Source of the DNA: an uncultured Actinomycetes bacterium
GTDB lineage: Bacteria; Actinomycetota; Thermoleophilia; UBA2241
Reading direction: 5' to 3'
Length of the DNA stretch: 64,000 nucleotides
NCBI GenBank assembly: GCA_963799395.1
Contig: CAWCWZ010000051.1
Span: forward strand, 6,595-70,594
Both the position numbers and the translations under genes were made by a program. Below, in pieces: positions 57,913 to 64,000 of this stretch; the first letter of the stretch is position 1, and each line of letters begins with the position of its first letter. The notes beneath the pieces are model-generated. The model was not told the DNA's origin. It ran no database searches and worked only from the letters and a program-made list of their open reading frames with translations.

Positions 57913-58851
57913 CTACCCGACCAGGCGGTCGATGCCACGTCCGACCGCTGCGACGAGCTCCGCCTGCAGGGTCTCGTTGCCCGAGGCGATGCAGGCGATC
58001 TGGTAGTCGGCATCGCTGCCCAGCAGCGGGCGGCGCGCGAGCGACGAGCCGTCGGCGTCGGTCATCGGCACGCCCGCCTCGCGACACAGCAGCCAGGCCG
58101 CAGCCAGGTCGTACGGCGAGTTGCAGAGCACGTGGCCGTGGCCCACGCGGCGGAACTCGGCCGCGGTCGCGGGGCGGGCGGCGATGATCGCCGGGCCGAT
58201 GTCGACGTAAGCGTCGAGCTGACCGGTCAGCACACGGGTGATCGCGTACGTGGCCGAACCGAGCTCGAACACCGCGCCGCCGACACTCGACAGGTCGACG
58301 AGCTCCTCGATGACCCGCGAGAGGACCATCAGCGGCCGTCCGCGAAAGCCGGTGTTCCAGAACAGCCCCTCGAGGTCCGTCCGCGGCGACGGCGAGAGGG
58401 CGAGCGGCGCGCCGGAGGCGCGCCGCATGACAAGGCCGCCGCCGCGCTCGGCGGCGAACAGGTCGCCGCTCTTGATCTCCTGGACGACTCCGGCCACGAG
58501 CTCGGCCATGGTGGGGGCGGTGGCCGGCCGCGCGGCGGCGACGCTCACACAGGCCGACTCGAGGCCGGCCGCCGCCGGCCGCGTGCCGTCGATGGGATCG
58601 ACGATCAGCACCAGTTCCGGCTCGGCCGCGCCCCGCAGGCCGCGGTCTTCCGAGTAGCAGGCCCAGCGCGGCAGCCGGGCCCCCAGATACTCCTCGAGGA
58701 AGCGCTCGGCGACCTCGTCGATCTCGAAGGTCACGTCGCCGCCCACGGCCTCGCCGGCGTGAGCGCGGGCAGCGTGGAGCCCGAGGAACGGCAGCACGAC
58801 CTCGCGCAGGCCGGCGCAGAGGGCGGTCAGCTCGGGCATGATGTCGGTCAC
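57913..58851 (-). CDS. inositol monophosphatase family protein
   Basis: Intact 312 aa. LIVDPIDGTRPAAAG motif and ATYAITRVLTGQLDAYVD. Confidence 0.8.
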   Translation of the reverse strand: MTDIMPELTALCAGLREVVLPFLGLHAARAHAGEAVGGDVTFEIDEVAERFLEEYLGARLPRWACYSEDRGLRGAAEPELVLIVDPIDGTRPAAAGLESACVSVAAARPATAPTMAELVAGVVQEIKSGDLFAAERGGGLVMRRASGAPLALSPSPRTDLEGLFWNTGFRGRPLMVLSRVIEELVDLSSVGGAVFELGSATYAITRVLTGQLDAYVDIGPAIIAARPATAAEFRRVGHGHVLCNSPYDLAAAWLLCREAGVPMTDADGSSLARRPLLGSDADYQIACIASGNETLQAELVAAVGRGIDRLVG

Positions 58852-58992
58852 GGCGCTCCTTCTTCACGACGGGGTACGTCGGGCTCGCGGCGGCATCCAT
58901 TCTACCGCCGGGGGCCCGAGCCCGCGGCCGGCGGCGGCCGCGCTATAATGAGCACCGCGCGTCCGCCTACCCCGACACACACGAGCGGTCTC

Positions 58993-59628
58993 ATGCCAGA
59001 CACGATCGTCTACCGCGGCAAAGGCAATATCTACCTCAACATCACCAACCGCTGTTCCTGCGACTGCGAGTTCTGCTTTCGCTCGTTCACGACCGACGTG
59101 TTCGGCAGCGACCTTGCCCTGTCGGCGGAGCCCACGATCGACGAGCTCACGCGCGAGATCGAGCTCGCCTACCTCGACGGGCCGGCCGACGAGGTGGCCT
59201 TCGTGGGCATGGGCGAGCCCACCATGCGCCTCGACGTCGTGCTCGCCGTCACCGAGTGGTTGACCACGAGGAGGCTACGCTCGCGCCTCGTGACGAACGG
59301 CCACGGCCGGCTGCTCAACCCCGACGTCGACGTCGTGGAGGGCCTGGCTCGCGTCGGCCTCGACGCCGTGACCGTGAGCCTGAACGCCGCCGACCCGCAG
59401 ACTTACGACCTTCTGTGCCGGCCGATGTTCTCCAAGGCGTTCCGCGAGGTCGTCCTCTTTGCCCGCGCCTGTGTCGCAGGCGGCATCGCCACGACGCTCA
59501 CCGCGGTTGACCTGCCCGAAGCCGACCCCGACGGCTGCCGCGCGATCGCCGAATCCGTGGGCGCGTCGTTTCGCCTGCGCGCTCACGTGCCGCCGCCGGA
59601 GCCGTCCGCCGGTCCGGCCGCACAGTGA
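58993..59628 (+). CDS. small radical SAM protein
   Basis: MPDTIVYRGKGNIYLNITNRCSCDCEFCFR contains Cx3Cx2C. VAFVGMGEPTMRL is a glycine-rich SAM-binding region. The rest of ORF 58132..59628 is shadow. Confidence 0.65.
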   Translation: MPDTIVYRGKGNIYLNITNRCSCDCEFCFRSFTTDVFGSDLALSAEPTIDELTREIELAYLDGPADEVAFVGMGEPTMRLDVVLAVTEWLTTRRLRSRLVTNGHGRLLNPDVDVVEGLARVGLDAVTVSLNAADPQTYDLLCRPMFSKAFREVVLFARACVAGGIATTLTAVDLPEADPDGCRAIAESVGASFRLRAHVPPPEPSAGPAAQ

Positions 59629-59677
59629 CCGGCGGCGCCCGAGCGAGCGGCGATGAGGACACGAGGCTGATGATACG

Positions 59678-60397
59678 ATGTCGTCGCAGATGACCGATCC
59701 CGGCGCCAAGATCCTGCTCGTCGACGACGAGGAGGCCATCCAGAAGCTGCTGCGGTTCCCCCTCGAAAAGGAGGGGTACCAGGTCGTCCAGGCGCGCGAT
59801 GGCCAGGAGGCCCTCGACGCCTTCGCCCGCGAACCGTTCGACCTCGTGATCCTCGACCTGATGATGCCCCGCATCGACGGCACCGAGGTGTGCCGCCGGC
59901 TGCGCGCCGTCAGCATCGTGCCCATCATCATGCTCACCGCCAAGGCCGACGAGTTCGACAAGGTGCTCGGCCTCGAGATCGGCGCCGACGACTACATCAC
60001 CAAGGACCGCTTCAGCCTGCGCGAGTTCCGCAGCCGGGTGCGCGCCCAGCTGCGCCGGGCCGACATGGCTCGCCAGGCGGGCGGCGCCCACCGCGACCTG
60101 GTCTCGGTCGACGGTCTCGAAGTCGACCTGCCCAAGCGCAACGTCGACGTGCGCGGCAGTCGCGTCGACCTCACCTACATCGAGTTCGAGCTGCTGAAGA
60201 CGCTCATCTCGCACCCTGGCCGCGTGTACTCGCGGCAGATCCTCCTGCAGCTCGTCTGGGGCGACGCCGAGTTTCGCGACGCGCGCACGGTCGACGTGCA
60301 CATCCGCCACCTGCGCGAAAAGATCGAACGCGACGCCCGCAACCCCGAGTTCGTGTTCACCGTCCGCAATATCGGCTACAAGTTCCGCGAGTTCTAG
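59678..60397 (+). CDS. OmpR-family response regulator (MprA-like)
   Basis: Intact. Receiver domain (KILLVDDEEAIQKLL...DLVILDLMMP) plus winged-helix domain (RTVDVHIRHLREKIE). Confidence 0.9.
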   Translation: MSSQMTDPGAKILLVDDEEAIQKLLRFPLEKEGYQVVQARDGQEALDAFAREPFDLVILDLMMPRIDGTEVCRRLRAVSIVPIIMLTAKADEFDKVLGLEIGADDYITKDRFSLREFRSRVRAQLRRADMARQAGGAHRDLVSVDGLEVDLPKRNVDVRGSRVDLTYIEFELLKTLISHPGRVYSRQILLQLVWGDAEFRDARTVDVHIRHLREKIERDARNPEFVFTVRNIGYKFREF

Positions 60398-60425
60398 GTC
60401 TCTCGCCCTCCCTTCCGAGGTCGCA

Positions 60426-62258
60426 GTGCGACGTTCGTTCATGCACCGGGTCTGGTCGCTTCTCGTCTCTTCTCTGCGCGCCGTCGGCGACGCGCTCGCC
60501 TGGTGCTTCAGCCCCGTCCCGGGGTCGGTCAAGAACTGGCTCACCGTGCTCTTCCTGGGGGTCGTGCTGCTCGACATCGGCCTCATGTACGTCTACGTCG
60601 TGCCGAGCCTCCAGCCCCGCCTCCTGCACCAGAAGCTGAACGACCTCTCCGGCGACTCGCTCCTAGTCGCCAACACCATCGCCAACGTGAACCCCGATCA
60701 GCTCGAATTGAGCCAGGCCGCGACCTTCATCGACACGCAGATCAACGCCCGCATCGTGATCATCGACCCCACCGACATGCAGGCCATCGCCGACTCCCGG
60801 CAGGGCCTGCCGATCAACATCGCCAACTACCCGGTCGTCGCCCTCGCCCGACGGACCGGTCGCGTCACGATCGGCGACGCGACCATCAATCACACGCACT
60901 ACGCGACCGCGGCGGTGCCCGTGGTCAGCCGCCTCACCGGCTTTCGCGGCATCGTCCTGGTGTCGGCGCCGCTCACCGACCTGCAGCGCACCGTGCAGGC
61001 GGTCAAGCACCAGATCCTGCTCGCCGGCTGCCTCGCCCTGATCGCGACGCTGTTCGCCGGCTACCTTGCTTCGTACTTCATCGCCCGACGGCTGAAACGC
61101 ATCGAGCGCGGCGCCCTGTCGATCGCCTCGGGCGACCTGTCGCGCCCCGTGCTGCCGGGACCGCCCGACGAGATCGGCCAGCTCGCCGTCACCTTCAACA
61201 TGATGGGCGGGCGCCTGCGCGAGGCCTTCTCCCAGATCGAGCGCGAAAAGGAGAACGTCGAGGTCCTGCTCTACGACCTGGCCGAAGGCGTGATCGGCGT
61301 CACCGCCGAGGGCGGCCTGGCCATCGCCAACCCCGCCGCCGCGACCCTCCTGGGCAGGGCGCTGCCGGCCGGCGCACCTCTCGCCGACCTGCTGCCGCCC
61401 GACGTCGCCCAGGCGCTCGCCGAGACCCAGGCCGACGGCGAGGACCGCATCGTCGTGGTCGAGTACGGCGCCCGCTCGCTCGAAGCATCGGTCTACCAGG
61501 TCGGCCGCGAAGCCGAGGTGCGCGACATCGTCGTCCTGCGCGACATCACCGAGCAGGCCCGGCTCGACGCCGCCCGGCGTGACTTCATCGCCACCGCATC
61601 GCACGAGCTCAAGACGCCGCTGTTCTCGCTCTCCGGCTTCATGGAGCTGATCGACGAGGGCGAGCTCGACCCCGAGACCGAAAAGGAGTTCCTGTCGCTG
61701 ATGCGCCAGCAGGTCGACCGGCTGACCGACCTGTCGCTCAGCCTCCTCGACCTGTCTCAGGTCGACTCGGGGGCGGTGCGCCTCGAAGCCGACGACATCG
61801 ACGTGACGGCGGTCGTGCGGGCCGTCATCGCCGAGTTCCGGGCGGGCGCCGAAAGCCGCGATGTCGGCATCAGGGTCGACGCGCCCGCCGCGCTGCCGGC
61901 GGCCTGCGACGAGCGCCGTCTGAGCCAGGTCCTGCGGGCGCTGCTCGACAACGCCGTGAAGTTCTCGCCCCAGGGAGGGACGGTCGACGTCGGCCTCGCT
62001 GCCGAGTCCGACGCCGACGCCGCCGGCGACGACGTCGTGATCACCGTCGCCGACCAGGGGCCGGGGATCTCGCATGACGAGCTGGACCGCGTGTTCGAAC
62101 GGTTCTTCCGCGGCAACGGAGGGGCCCACAAGTCGGGCACGGGCTGGGCCTCTCGATCGCCCGCGACATGGTCGAGCTCATGGGCGGTACGCTGACGGTG
62201 CGCTCGACCCGCGGCGCCGGAGCGACCTTCACGGTCCGGATGCCGCGCATCCAGGGCT
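60426..62258 (+). CDS. sensor histidine kinase (MprB-like); apparent 1-nt deletion near 62143
   Basis: Two TMs, HAMP, H-box FIATASHELKTPLFSL, and N and G1 boxes. After a shift the +1 frame reads GTGLGLSIARDMVELMGGTLTVRSTRGAGATFTVRMPRIQG*. Confidence 0.85.
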
Positions 62259-62404
62259 GACGGACTGTGCGCGAGACCCGGCCGACGGCGGGCTCGAGAC
62301 TCGGGTCGATCGCAGGTTAGGATTGCTCGACCGGTGGCATGAACGGCCAAGAGGGGCAGGTGCGGTCGCCGCGCCGGCGGCGTCGCAGCGGCAGGAGGGA
62401 ACGC

Positions 62405-63597
62405 ATGCACACATCACGGAGCTTCGTGGCCGGAGCCGTCGGCGGGATCGTCGGCGCGGCTCTGCTCATGGTCGTCCTCTTCCTGCTGGGCGTCACCGGC
62501 GTCAAGAAGGAGACGACCGTCACCGTCACCGCGCCGGCGGCGTTCGCCAGCCCGGGCGCGCCCACGGGAGGCGCGGCCCTCACGCCGACCCAGATCTACG
62601 ATCGCGAAGCGACCGGCGTCGTCGAGATCACGAGCACGTTCCCGGTGACCGGCGGCGGCCTGTTCGGCCCGTCCCCGGGGAGCAATGTCGGCATCGGCTC
62701 GGGCTTCGTGGTCTCCCGGCAGGGTTACATCCTCACCAACGCCCACGTCGTCTACGACTCGGGGCACCGCGCCACCAACGTCAGCGTCGCCTTCAAGGGC
62801 AGCGGCACGCAGACCAGGACAAGTGAGCGGCAAGATCGTCGGCGTCGACACGCAGTCCGACGTGGCCGTGATCAAGGTCGACCCGTCGGGCCTGAAGCTC
62901 AACCCCCTGCCGATGGGCGACTCCAACACCGTCCAGGTCGGCGAGCCGGTCGTGGCGATCGGCAATCCGCTGGCACCTCGAGTTCACGCTCACCTCCGGC
63001 ATCGTCTCGGCCATCCACCGCGATCTCAGCCCCCAGGCCGGCACGAACATCTTAAACGGCATCCAGACCGACGCCGCCATCAACCCCGGCAACTCCGGCG
63101 GGCCGCTGATCGACGCGAGCGGCAACGTCATCGGCATCAACGAGAGCATCGTATCCACCACCGGCGGCAACCAGGGACTCGGTTTCGCCGTGCCGATCGA
63201 CTCCGCCAAGAACTCGCTCGGCCAGATCATCAAGAGCGGCCACGTCACCTACGCCTGGATGGGTGTCAGTCTCGAGACACTGACCCCCGATCTGGCCAAG
63301 GCGCTGAAGTACCCCGTCGGCGAGGGCGCGCTGGTCGCCTCCGTCAACGCCGGCAGTCCAGCCGCCAAAGCGGGCATCAGGGGCGGCACATCGACCGTCA
63401 CCTTCCAAGGTGAGGCGTTCACCGTGGGGGGCGACGTCATCACCGCAGTGAACGGCAAGCCGGTGACCTCGGCCGACGACCTCGTGCAGGCCATCACCGC
63501 CCACAAGCCGGGAGACACCGTCACGGTGACGATCAACCGGCACGGTGCGACCTCGACGGTCAACGTGACGCTCGGCACGCGTCCTGCCAACCTGTAG
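62405..63597 (+). CDS. htrA: HtrA/DegP-family serine protease with PDZ domain (PepD-like); two apparent frameshifts
   Basis: First segment [19 protein letters not shown] in one frame. Second segment [17 protein letters not shown]...[12 protein letters not shown] in a second frame. Third segment [12 protein letters not shown]...[24 protein letters not shown]...PDZ...[13 protein letters not shown] in a third frame. RBS GGAGGG before ATG 62405. Confidence 0.8.
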
Positions 63598-63621
63598 CGG
63601 GCGGGCGGCGGCGCCCGCCCG
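63598..63621 (+). terminator. GC-rich hairpin after the htrA stop (putative terminator, no clear U-tract)
   Basis: CGGGCGGGCG-gcgg-CGCCCGCCCG, a perfect 10-bp stem. Confidence 0.35.
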
Positions 63622-63660
63622 ACGCCCGTCCCGGGCTTCTCAACCAAAACGGGTATCTGG

Positions 63661-63689
63661 TTGACTGTTTTCGACAGATGCTGTTAGAT
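63661..63689 (+). promoter_or_regulatory. sigma-70-like promoter TTGACT-N17-TTAGAT
   Basis: It sits in a local AT-rich patch. Overlapping palindromes follow (TCACGggattCGTGAaaggaaTCACGA), upstream of the YheO-like gene. Confidence 0.4.
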
Positions 63690-63769
63690 TCGTCACGGGA
63701 TTCGTGAAAGGAATCACGAGTGGGGGCCGCGCCGTCGGCCCCGCTCTGAGTGACGACGGAGGGAGTCGC

Positions 63770-64000
63770 GTGGGGGCAACGCCCGGCGGCAACCGGTATC
63801 TGCACTCGTATCACGCCGTCGTGCAGGGTCTGGCCGAGATGTTCGGGCCCGACTGCGAGGTCGTGCTCCACGACCTGACGGCCATGCCTCACTCGATCGT
63901 GGCCATCGAGAACGGTCACGTCACCGGCCGCCGGCTCGGCGATGCCCCGACCGACCAGATGCTGCGCTCCCTGCGCAACGCCGACGAGACGCCCGACGTG
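63770..64000 (+). CDS. YheO-like PAS-domain transcriptional regulator, N-terminal fragment (continues beyond window)
   Basis: VGATPGGNRYLHSYHAVVQGLAEMFGPDCEVVLHDLTAMPHSIVAIENGHVTGRRLGDAPTDQ matches the YheO N-terminal domain pattern. Confidence 0.55.
   Translation, partial: MGATPGGNRYLHSYHAVVQGLAEMFGPDCEVVLHDLTAMPHSIVAIENGHVTGRRLGDAPTDQMLRSLRNADETPDV

Noticed and set aside
56849-58900. 683-aa ORF as a single protein
   Set aside because: Only the C-terminal 350 aa (radical SAM) are protein-like. The upstream 330 aa are the antisense shadow of the IMPase gene.
1-64000. tRNA, rRNA, CRISPR arrays, transposases, integrases and prophage genes
   Set aside because: None found. There is no tRNA-like T-arm (GGTTCGAATCC-type) in any intergenic spacer and no repeat-spacer periodicity. 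No recombinase-like ORFs. The region looks like core chromosome near oriC.

Overview
This window is a high-GC (~70%) chromosomal segment that looks Actinobacteria-like and origin-proximal, with rsmG-parA-parB at 53.7-56.3 kb. Coordinates below are approximate to ±2 nt.

Content from left to right:
- **FAS-II/ACC operon (minus strand):** ECF sigma, zf-HC2 anti-sigma, fabZ, fabH, fabD, fabG, fabF, accD, accA. No acpP is present.
- **Ni/Co ECF importer:** nikO, nikQ and a nikM-PDGLE fusion, with a Nur-like Fur regulator and a Nur-box-like operator.
- **Copper acquisition pair:** ycnI plus a copCD (ycnJ-like) fusion, followed by an FtsX-type ABC permease and ABC ATPase.
- **Corrinoid island (17-30 kb):**
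  - cobQ, an MFS transporter and a CbiR-like TIM-barrel protein.
  - Two DUF4430 proteins (transcobalamin beta-domain-like) and a surface protein built from prenyltransferase-like alpha/alpha-toroid repeats.
  - A CbrTUV-like ECF transporter (EcfT, fused EcfAA', EcfS) preceded by a DUF4430 lipoprotein and followed by a second Fur-family regulator.
  - cobO behind a clear cobalamin riboswitch.
- **Transport genes:** two half-size ABC exporters, a second MFS transporter and an MmpL.
- **Envelope glycoconjugate cluster:** PIG-V/GT87-like mannosyltransferase, a GT-C-like membrane protein, DUF2079, an LPG-synthase-TM flippase-like protein, GT-B and GT2 glycosyltransferases.
- **Candidate energized uptake cassette:** a second alpha/alpha-toroid surface protein followed by an ExbB-like and an ExbD-like gene.
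- **Right end:** anti-sigma kinase, an AmmeMemoRadiSam-type radical SAM enzyme, IMPase, a small radical SAM protein, an MprAB-PepD-like two-component system plus HtrA, and the start of a YheO-like gene.

The sequence carries many apparent single-base indels that split conserved genes across frames, so the supplied ORF track is fragmented.
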